From positions 1-24,633 of the forward strand of contig JAVJWO010000127.1 in the NCBI GenBank assembly GCA_040222015.1: 24,633 nucleotides of DNA. Reading direction: 5' to 3'. The translations under genes were made by a program, and so were the position numbers. Positions 17,864-24,633 of this stretch are shown in pieces. This DNA comes from Coleofasciculus chthonoplastes F2-STO-03. GTDB lineage: Bacteria > Cyanobacteriota > Cyanobacteriia > Cyanobacteriales > Coleofasciculaceae. A model generated the notes under the pieces. It saw nothing but the letters and a program-made list of their open reading frames with translations. It made no database searches and had not been told where the DNA came from. Every line of letters begins with the position of its first letter. Positions within the stretch are counted from its first letter, which is position 1.

Positions 17864-18826
17864 ATGACATATCTAGAAACAACAGCAAAATTCTACAGTG
17901 AAGTCGCCCAAACCCCGGAAGTGGGGTTATGTTGTGTCCAGAGTTCTCCCCTGCAACTTCCCGGACTAAAAATTCCCCGGCAAATGCAGGAAATGAACTA
18001 TGGTTGCGGGACAACCGTTCATCCGGCGGAACTGATAAACGAGCCAACGGTACTCTATGTGGGCGTGGGTGGTGGTTTAGAAGCCCTGCAATTTGCCTAT
18101 TTTTCCCGACGTCCCGGTCATATTATTGCTGTTGATCCCGTCAAGGCGATGCGGGAAGCGGCGACTCGTAACTTAGAACGTGCGGCTGACGATAATCCTT
18201 GGTTTAATCCGAGTTTTATTGACATTCGGGACGGCGATGCCTTTAATCTCCCTGTACCCGATGCTTCGGTTGATGTCGTCGCTCAAAATTGTCTATTTAA
18301 TATCTTTGAACCCGAAGACCTAACTAAAGCCTTACAAGAAGCTTATCGGGTGTTAAAAATTGGTGGACGCTTGATTATGAGTGACCCCATCGCCACCCGT
18401 CCGATTCCTGATCATTTACGCCAAGATGAACGGTTACGGGCAATGTGCTTATCGGGGGCGTTGACCTACAACGAGTATATTCAACATTTGGTTCATGTCG
18501 GGTTTGGTCAAGTGGAAATCCGGGCGCGGCGTCCTTATCGGTTGTTGGATTGTCAAAGTTATAAGTTAGATCAGCCATTGCTGTTAGAAAGTTTAGATTC
18601 TGTAGCATTCAAAGTGCCGATTCCGGAAGATGGTGCTTGTATTTTCACGGGAAAAACGGCGATTTACAGTGGAAAGGAAGAGGTTTTTGATGATAACGCA
18701 GGTCATGTTCTGCAAAAAGGTGTTCCGGCGTCGGTGTGTGATAAAACAGCCGCTAACTTGGCGATGTCTAAGGATATTCTGATTACTGATTCCACCTGGC
18801 ATTACACTGGCGGCGGTTGCTGTTAA
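17864..18826 (+). CDS. arsM: Arsenite S-adenosylmethionine methyltransferase, cyanobacterial (Synechocystis-like) type
   Basis: GLCC, NYGCG, SAM motif VLYVGVGGG, QNCLFN, RAMCLSGA and C-terminal GGGCC. Adjacent to ars genes. Confidence 0.9.
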   Translation: MTYLETTAKFYSEVAQTPEVGLCCVQSSPLQLPGLKIPRQMQEMNYGCGTTVHPAELINEPTVLYVGVGGGLEALQFAYFSRRPGHIIAVDPVKAMREAATRNLERAADDNPWFNPSFIDIRDGDAFNLPVPDASVDVVAQNCLFNIFEPEDLTKALQEAYRVLKIGGRLIMSDPIATRPIPDHLRQDERLRAMCLSGALTYNEYIQHLVHVGFGQVEIRARRPYRLLDCQSYKLDQPLLLESLDSVAFKVPIPEDGACIFTGKTAIYSGKEEVFDDNAGHVLQKGVPASVCDKTAANLAMSKDILITDSTWHYTGGGCC

Positions 18827-18868
18827 AGGTGTCGAATCGATGTGAATCGGGCGCACGTTAGTTTCAAT

Positions 18869-18896
18869 GTAGAGACGCGCCATGGCGCGTCTCTAC
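18869..18896. repeat. Perfect 28-bp palindromic REP GTAGAGACGCGCCATGGCGCGTCTCTAC
   Basis: Identical copy at 19918-19945 and a degenerate relative at 4362-4385. Confidence 0.92.
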
Positions 18897-18933
18897 CATA
18901 AGATGCATCCTAACCGCTATGGCAATTGCTATA

Positions 18934-19052
18934 ATACCAAATCCGCCTTTATCACCCCCTTTTTCCACGGCGATTGAAATCGCTGCTACACAAACTTGCG
19001 TCCGCCTGCGCGGACTAGGTTATAACGGGGGTAGCTAACCGGGATTTGGTAT
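18934..19052. mobile_element. MITE-like element carrying the dispersed palindromic repeat
   Basis: 11-bp TIRs ATACCAAATCC (18934-18944) and GGATTTGGTAT (19042-19052) enclose the GGCGATT..CTACACAAAC..GTCCGCCTGCGCGGACT core. Confidence 0.65.
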
Positions 19053-19274
19053 AATTTGTCATCTCCTAGTTTCCATCTGCTTCTAATTTATCCTTTAATT
19101 CCTGACACTATTTCGCTTGCGGTATGCCTAATGCTGTGGAGAGCGCGATCGCATCCTTGCTGCGTGCTTTCAATTCAGAGGATTAAGCGGGAATCTTATC
19201 CGAAGGATTGGTGGGTTACGGCGGATATCTCATTAAATGGCTATGTTTTGAAATTGAGTACCGCCTAACCCACC

Positions 19275-19493
19275 CTACAACAGGTTCTGGAAACCTACGA
19301 GATCACTCAAAATCGATTAGCTGTGGCGATGGAAACGCGGCGTTCTAATGTAGGGCGCTGGTATCATGAACAAATCGATCCCGCAGGGGGTGCGATCGCT
19401 GATATTGTCACCGCCTTAAAAAAACTCAATCCGGCTGCGGCTGAAATGTTTGTTGAACTGTATTTGGGTCAACTGCTTAAGTCTGATGAATAG
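19275..19493 (+). pseudogene. 5'-truncated XRE-family HTH gene
   Basis: Manual translation gives LQQVLETYEITQNRLAVAMETRRSNVGRWYHEQIDPAGGAIADIVTALKKLNPAAAEMFVELYLG. No upstream start codon; an in-frame TAA lies at 19266-19268 inside a REP. Confidence 0.75.
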
Positions 19494-19544
19494 CTTTGAA
19501 AAGCACGTCTATACCTTGAAACCGGGCTAAAATTAAGGCGATGT

Positions 19545-19560
19545 TTCAAGAAAAGTTGAT
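19545..19560. promoter_or_regulatory. ArsR operator overlapping the arsR start
   Basis: TTCAA-GAAAAG-TTGAT resembles the ATCAA-N6-TTGAT ArsR-type box. Confidence 0.6.
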
Positions 19561-19885
19561 GCAAAGCACAGCCTCCCCTGCCAATCTGAGCCTGATTACC
19601 TCCAGCTTCCATGCTCTATCTGACCCGATTCGGATCAAACTACTGGAACTGTTGCGAGAACAGGAACTGTGTGTTTGCGAACTCTGCGAAGTGCTGGAGG
19701 TGAGTCAGTCGAAGTTATCGTTTCACTTGAAAACTTTAAAAGAAGCCAGCTTGGTTCGCGCCCGTCAGGAAGGGCGTTGGGTTTATTACAGTCTGAATTT
19801 GCCGCATTTTGTGCTGTTAGAACAATATTTGGCAGAATACCGCCGCTTTAGCCCCATTTTACCCGCTCGCCCCTGTGCGGATTAA
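19559..19885 (+). CDS. arsR: ArsR/SmtB family As(III)-responsive repressor
   Basis: FHALSDPIR, ELCVCELC, SQSKLSFHLKTL and EGRWVYYSL. Start is ATG 19559 or 19541. Confidence 0.93.
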   Translation: MQSTASPANLSLITSSFHALSDPIRIKLLELLREQELCVCELCEVLEVSQSKLSFHLKTLKEASLVRARQEGRWVYYSLNLPHFVLLEQYLAEYRRFSPILPARPCAD

Positions 19886-20006
19886 TTAATACCTGGGGTT
19901 CAAAGGCGTAGGGGTGTGTAGAGACGCGCCATGGCGCGTCTCTACTGTAATCAGCCTTCTGCTCCTGCCTCCTGCACTACATCGCCTCAATCCGGGATAT
20001 AAGGGC

Positions 20007-20035
20007 TTGACAAATCAATTTTTTTTGAAATGATA
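20007..20035 (+). promoter_or_regulatory. acr3-arsC promoter with overlapping ArsR box
   Basis: TTGACA at 20007-20012, followed by ATCAA-TTTTTT-TTGAA at 20014-20029. Confidence 0.7.
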
Positions 20036-20263
20036 AAAGTAACCCCAGAGTTTGAGCAGGGGGGCAAGCCACATTGTTGTGGATTGTTTCAGTTCAGCTA
20101 ATTTGATGGATTCACCTTACGCTTGGAAACCGTAGGGGCGCACCTCAGTGCGCCCATAAAATCGGCAAGTTTAATCCACCATTTTAGCTATGCTACGCCA
20201 GCAGAATGTAACGCACCACGACTACTGTATTTCAGCCAATTATTGAGGGTTGATTGACTTCCT

Positions 20264-21412
20264 ATGAGTACCCATTCATCTAACGCCACACCATCGCCAC
20301 CCCAAGTCGGGGGTCAACTGAGTTTCTTTGAAAAATATCTCACCGTTTGGGTGGTACTCTGCATTCTTGGGGGTATCGCCCTAGGGAAATTATTCCCCGG
20401 TGTAGCGGTGACATTGGATGCCATGAGTGTTTATCAGGTATCCATCCCTATCGCTATCTGCCTGTTTTTCATGATGTATCCGATTATGGTGAAGATTGAT
20501 TTCACCCAAGCAACTCAGGCAGTGCGTGCACCGAAACCCGTGATTTTAACGTTGGTGGTGAATTGGTTAATTAAACCCTTCACGATGGTGTTTTTTGCCC
20601 AGTTTTTCCTGGGTTGGTTATTTCAGCCTTTGCTATCGGAAACTGAGATCATTCGCGGGGCGGAAGTTACCTTGGCAAATTCTTACATCGCTGGCGCAAT
20701 TTTATTAGGGATTGCCCCTTGTACGGCGATGGTTTTGATGTGGGGGTATCTGTCTTACAGTAATCAAGGGCATACCTTGGTGATGGTGGCGGTGAATTCG
20801 TTGGTGATGTTGTTTCTGTATGCCCCATTAGGACGATGGTTATTAGCGGCGAATAATTTAACTGTACCCTGGCAAACGATTGTGTTATCGGTGCTGATTT
20901 ATGTGGGGTTGCCTTTGGCGGCGGGGATGTATAGTCGGTATTGGATTTTTAAACATAAGGGTAAAGCGTGGTTTGAACGGCGATTTATTAAGTATTTGAG
21001 TCCGATTTCGATTGCGGCGCTGTTAATTACGTTGGTTCTGTTGTTTGCGTTTAAGGGAGAATTGATTATTAATAACCCGCTGCACATTTTGCTGATTGCT
21101 GTGCCGTTGTTTATTCAGACGAATTTCATTTTCTTTATTGCTTATGTGGCGGCGTTGAAGTTGAATTTGGCGTATGAAGATGCTGCACCTGCGGCGTTAA
21201 TTGGGGCGAGTAATCATTTTGAGGTGGCAATTGCCACGGCGGTGATGTTGTTTGGTTTGAATTCGGGTGCGGCGTTGGCGACGGTTGTTGGGGTGTTAAT
21301 TGAAGTGCCTGTGATGTTGATGTTGGTGGAGTTTTGTAAACGAACGGCGATGTGGTTTCCACGGGAACCGGAAAAGGCAACGTTGCGTGATCCGCGTTGT
21401 TTTGCGCGTTGA
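20264..21412 (+). CDS. acr3: ACR3-family arsenite efflux transporter
   Basis: [39 protein letters not shown] and VGVLIEVP. Confidence 0.95.
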   Translation: MSTHSSNATPSPPQVGGQLSFFEKYLTVWVVLCILGGIALGKLFPGVAVTLDAMSVYQVSIPIAICLFFMMYPIMVKIDFTQATQAVRAPKPVILTLVVNWLIKPFTMVFFAQFFLGWLFQPLLSETEIIRGAEVTLANSYIAGAILLGIAPCTAMVLMWGYLSYSNQGHTLVMVAVNSLVMLFLYAPLGRWLLAANNLTVPWQTIVLSVLIYVGLPLAAGMYSRYWIFKHKGKAWFERRFIKYLSPISIAALLITLVLLFAFKGELIINNPLHILLIAVPLFIQTNFIFFIAYVAALKLNLAYEDAAPAALIGASNHFEVAIATAVMLFGLNSGAALATVVGVLIEVPVMLMLVEFCKRTAMWFPREPEKATLRDPRCFAR

Positions 21413-21452
21413 GTTAGGGGGATTAAGGGGGTTGGAAAGTTATGTTTTTTTA

Positions 21453-21492
21453 ACGCAGAGGACGCAGAGGGAAAGCGCAGAGGTTCGCAGAG
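21453..21492. repeat. Short irregular CGCAGAGG repeats
   Basis: Four copies of cgcagagg between acr3 and arsC. Confidence 0.7.
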
Positions 21493-21551
21493 GAGATTTG
21501 CGGTATTGATTTGGGAGTTTTATTGGGTTGGAGAAGGAAGAGGTTATTGTG

Positions 21552-21947
21552 ATGAAATCGATTATGTTTGTTTGTAAGCAAAATTCTTGTCGTTCCCAAA
21601 TGGCAGAAGGATTTGCCCGTTGGTTAGGGGAGGGGAAGGTTGTAGTGATGAGTTCGGGGTTGCAGGCGTCTGAGGTTAATTATACGGCGGTTGAGGTGAT
21701 GTCGGAAGTTGGGATTGATATTAGTGAGCAAGTGTCTCAGCCGTTGAGTGATTTTAAGGCTGAAGATTATCATGCTGTGATTTCTTTGTGTGGCTGTGGG
21801 GTGAATTTGCCTGAACCTTGGGTGTTGCGGGAGGTGTTTCAGGATTGGCAATTGGATGATCCGGCGGGTGAACCGATTGAGACGTTTCGGCGAGTACGAG
21901 ATGAGATTAAGCAGCGAGTTGTTCTGTTAATTGATGCATTGGCTTAA
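21552..21947 (+). CDS. arsC: Arsenate reductase, LMW-PTP fold, Synechocystis-like glutathione/glutaredoxin type
   Basis: P-loop FVCKQNSCRSQMAEG, VISLCGCG and WQLDDP. ATG 21552 with a GAGG SD upstream. Confidence 0.92.
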   Translation: MKSIMFVCKQNSCRSQMAEGFARWLGEGKVVVMSSGLQASEVNYTAVEVMSEVGIDISEQVSQPLSDFKAEDYHAVISLCGCGVNLPEPWVLREVFQDWQLDDPAGEPIETFRRVRDEIKQRVVLLIDALA

Positions 21948-22058
21948 GTCACTCCCTTTTTGTTTGTCACGGCGACTAGAAGTCGCTGCTACACAAACTT
22001 GCGTCCGCCTGCGCGGACTGGATTATCAAGGGAGTAGTTAATCTGGATTGGCTATGAA

Positions 22059-22086
22059 CCCTCCCTGATGCGGGGAGGGGCTTTTT
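22059..22086 (+). terminator. Intrinsic terminator after arsC
   Basis: CCCTCCCTG-ATG-CGGGGAGGG stem followed by GCTTTTT. Confidence 0.65.
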
Positions 22087-22110
22087 GTGGCAATATTCTC
22101 TGACTAGGGG

Positions 22111-22142
22111 TTGACTTTATACCTAAGTATAAGGTTTATGAT
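22111..22142 (+). promoter_or_regulatory. MerR-type promoter with 20-bp spacer and dyad operator
   Basis: -35 TTGACT (22111-22116), dyad TTATAC-CTAA-GTATAA (22117-22132) and -10 TATGAT (22137-22142). Confidence 0.8.
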
Positions 22143-22176
22143 TAAGGCACTGGATTCTGATATGAGCTGGGGCAAT

Positions 22177-22881
22177 ATGCTTCAAGTTGGTGAAGTGGCG
22201 CGTAAGTTGGGACTTAATCCCCAAACCCTTTACTTTTACGAACGGATTGGACTGATTCCGAGTCCGAAACGTACTGAGGCTGGATATCGCTTGTTTGATG
22301 ACCAGGATATTGAACGGTTGTCCTTTATTAGTCGGGCGAAGGCGTTAGGTTTAAGCTTAGACGAAATTAAAGAATTACTAGCATTACAAGATGGAGATTC
22401 TCTGTCTTGTGGTGAAGTTTATCAGATGTTGCTGAGAAAAGTTCAGCAAATTGAAGATAATATCCAGCAATTGCAACGGCTACGAACAGAATTATTGCCT
22501 TTGCTCAATCGGTGTCAGGAAAATGCTCAACGGTTGGGGGAAGAACGCCAGTGTGTTGTCTTCAAGGATGTTAGTTTTAATGGGGAAGATAATTCTAATA
22601 AATTTGACCACGATGCAAACTATCATGAGGCTTTAATTATGGATACGCTTACGGTAGAAATTCTGGGAACGGGTTGTAAAAAATGCCATCAATTAGAAGA
22701 GAATGCGCGACGTGCGATCGCGTCTTTGGGTATTGAGGCTGAAATCCTGCATATTACTGACCCTGTGGAGATTGCTAAACGCCGGGTTATGTCTACTCCA
22801 GCTTTGGTTGTCAATGGCAAAGTGGTGAGTAAAGGAAAGGTAATTTCCCCAGAGCAAATTAAACCGTTGTTGCAGTCTTAA
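22177..22881 (+). CDS. MerR-family metal-responsive regulator in frame with a small thioredoxin-like (redox-active disulfide protein 2) domain
   Basis: VGEVARKLG..TLYFYERIGL..GYRLF with three Cys, then ILGTGCKKC...VMSTPALVVNGKV. Start is ATG 22162 or 22177. Internal ATG 22639 has a GAGG SD. Confidence 0.85.
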   Translation: MLQVGEVARKLGLNPQTLYFYERIGLIPSPKRTEAGYRLFDDQDIERLSFISRAKALGLSLDEIKELLALQDGDSLSCGEVYQMLLRKVQQIEDNIQQLQRLRTELLPLLNRCQENAQRLGEERQCVVFKDVSFNGEDNSNKFDHDANYHEALIMDTLTVEILGTGCKKCHQLEENARRAIASLGIEAEILHITDPVEIAKRRVMSTPALVVNGKVVSKGKVISPEQIKPLLQS

Positions 22882-22906
22882 GTCATTTGTCATTTGTCAT
22901 TTGTCA

Positions 22907-23039
22907 TAAGTGGGTGGACACAATTAAAGTTAACGGTTGAGATTAGGGAACAGGGAACAGGGAACAGGGAACAGTAAGGGTTTGAGGGCGATTTACTTGC
23001 ACTTAATACAGTACCGTTTTATGCCAGTCCGACTACTTA
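22907..23039. mobile_element. MITE-like element containing AGGGAAC heptamers
   Basis: Imperfect TIRs TAAGTGGGTGGAC / GTCCGACTACTTA. The element interrupts a TCATTTG heptamer tract. Confidence 0.6.
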
Positions 23040-23091
23040 TTTGCAAGACGATCACACTACTGTTATCTGTTGCTTATTGCCACCTAACACC

Positions 23092-23219
23092 TAAGCTGTC
23101 GTTCATTTAAATTGGGTATTAGTAGCGATAAATTGGGTATTAGTAGCGAGCAAGATGCTCGCACTACATACAAGGATTTTGCCATTATTGACATTAAGGT
23201 TTAAGTGCCGAACAGCTTA
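23092..23219. mobile_element. MITE-like element with TA ends, internal REP and 21-bp duplication
   Basis: TIRs TAAGCTGTCGTTCATTTAAA / TTTAAGTGCCGAACAGCTTA, inserted in CACCTAA repeats. TAAATTGGGTATTAGTAGCGA occurs twice (23108-23149). Confidence 0.7.
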
Positions 23220-23241
23220 ACACCTAACTAAGGATAAGTTT

Positions 23242-24237
23242 ATGGTTGATTTATTTTATCCCTTTGATTGGTTATCTAATCAAATCGTCACTAAACTTTT
23301 GGGTTTATCGTTGCATTCGTCTCTGGGGTCAGCGCTGCACTTCTTTTTCTACGATGTTCCTAAAGTGCTGACTCTATTAATTGTGATTAGTTTTATAGTG
23401 GGAACGGTGCAAACGTTTCTCGATCCGCAAAAGATTCGCTACTGGATTAGTGGCAAGCGGACGATTTTTGGCAATGGTTTAGCGGCAACAATTGGCATTA
23501 TCACGCCGTTTTGTTCCTGTTCCGCTGTGCCGTTATTTATTGGGTTTTTAGAGGCGGGTGTGCCATTGGGGGTCACGTTTTCCTATCTGATTGCTGCGCC
23601 AATGGTGAATGAAGTCGCGGTTATTTTATTATGGGGATTGTTTGGGCTAAAGGCAACGGTGATCTATATTGCCTTTGGGGTGGGATTAGCGATCGCGGCG
23701 GGTTATATTATTGGGATGCTACACCTGGAAAAGTGGGTGGAACCCTTTGTCTGGGCGTTGCAGAAGTCTCGCCAAGGGTCAGAGTCTGATCCGGATAACG
23801 GCGATGATATGGAACTGACTTGGAAAGAACGATTTGAACAGGGTCATTATTCGGCGAGTGAAATTGTTAAGTCTGTCTGGCTTTATGTGGTGGGTGGAAT
23901 TGCGATTGGGGCGGGAATTCACGGGTATGTTCCTGCCGATATTATTACACAGTGGGCGGGGGCGGGAAATCCGTTAGCGGTACCGATCGCGGTGGTGATG
24001 GGGGTGCCGCTTTATGCTAATATTGCTGGGGTTTTACCGATTACTGAGGCGTTGGTGAATAAAGGGTTGCCTTTGGGTACTGTTTTATCGTTTACGATGG
24101 CAGTTACGGCGTTATCGTTGCCGGAAATGGTGATTCTTCGGAAGGTGTTGCAGCCTCAGTTATTGGCTGTCTTTATTGCGTTGATGACGATGGGAATTAT
24201 TGGGGTTGGCTATCTTTTCAATGCTTTGTTGATCTGA
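23242..24237 (+). CDS. arsP: ArsP/DUF318-family permease (putative organoarsenical or metal efflux)
   Basis: HFFFYDVPK, TPFCSCSAVP, GVPLGVTFSYLIAAP, GVPLY and ALSLPE, in ars context. Confidence 0.8.
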   Translation: MVDLFYPFDWLSNQIVTKLLGLSLHSSLGSALHFFFYDVPKVLTLLIVISFIVGTVQTFLDPQKIRYWISGKRTIFGNGLAATIGIITPFCSCSAVPLFIGFLEAGVPLGVTFSYLIAAPMVNEVAVILLWGLFGLKATVIYIAFGVGLAIAAGYIIGMLHLEKWVEPFVWALQKSRQGSESDPDNGDDMELTWKERFEQGHYSASEIVKSVWLYVVGGIAIGAGIHGYVPADIITQWAGAGNPLAVPIAVVMGVPLYANIAGVLPITEALVNKGLPLGTVLSFTMAVTALSLPEMVILRKVLQPQLLAVFIALMTMGIIGVGYLFNALLI

Positions 24238-24473
24238 ATTTAGGTTTAACAGGGTATTTGTAGGGGCACGGCAATGCCCATTGGTGTCAACTTAAGGTGC
24301 AAACTAATGCTGGCAAGGTTTTAAGTTGTGTCTATTTACTCCTCGACATTTCCCCCTTATCCCCTAACCCCAACTCCCACCCCCCTCGTTCCCCCCTACC
24401 CCCCTCCTCACAAGGGTAGGTTTTTTACCTTGACGGTATAATGGGGGTAAGACTTGGAAGACCTGGAGGGAAA

Positions 24474-24633
24474 GTGGACAAGGAAGAAGACAAAAAAAAC
24501 ATAAAAACTCATGAAGATCTTATTATCTATCAAAAAGCGTTTGATGCAGCCATGACTATTTTTGAAATATCTTGCGCAATTTCCCCTAGAAGAAAGATAT
24601 TCTCTAACTGACCAAATTAGACGTTCCAGCAAG
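24474..24633 (+). pseudogene. Four-helix-bundle protein (23S rRNA IVP-like family), frameshifted and running off the window end
   Basis: From GTG 24474 (SD GGAGG): ..IKTHEDLIIYQKAFDAAMTIFEIS. The +1 frame from 24577 continues QFPLEERYSLTDQIRRSS. Confidence 0.8.

Noticed and set aside
19056..19268. 70-aa ORF
   Set aside because: TTG start, it runs into a REP, and it has no family features.
22111..22161. TTG start of the MerR ORF
   Set aside because: The TTG is part of the -35 box of the MerR-type promoter, so translation should start downstream.
24408..24632. 74-aa minus-strand ORF
   Set aside because: It is antisense to the recognisable four-helix-bundle relic.
24474..24633. Avd gene of a diversity-generating retroelement
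   Set aside because: The fold family is related, but no reverse transcriptase or TR/VR pair is visible in this window. Sequence beyond the right edge cannot be assessed.

Overview
Chromosomal window from a cyanobacterium: at least 15 HIP1 octamers (GCGATCGC), the phycobilisome genes nblB and cpcS, and many REP, MITE and heptamer repeats suggest a filamentous lineage (inference). Core genes are pyrR, fni, sppA, an alpha/beta hydrolase, an AgcS-type symporter, a USP, nblB, cpcS, Uma2, tex and a DUF2834-like membrane protein. The right third is an arsenic/metal cluster: arsM, arsR, acr3, arsC, an in-frame MerR-thioredoxin ORF and an ArsP-type permease, with visible ArsR boxes and a MerR-type promoter. 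Two AT-rich, HIP1-free accessory islets are the best candidates for undescribed systems. The first is a tight three-gene operon of DUF3467-like protein, DUF5678-like protein and retropepsin-type aspartic protease (10408-11628). The second is a DUF6232-like membrane protein and a helical protein (5437-6387) that share a G/N/I/Q-rich motif at their facing termini, resembling amyloid-type homotypic signalling. Relics not recognisable from the ORF track include an internally deleted IS1634 element, an internally deleted DUF433 gene, a 5'-truncated XRE gene and a frameshifted four-helix-bundle gene. All family assignments come from recalled motifs, not from database searches.
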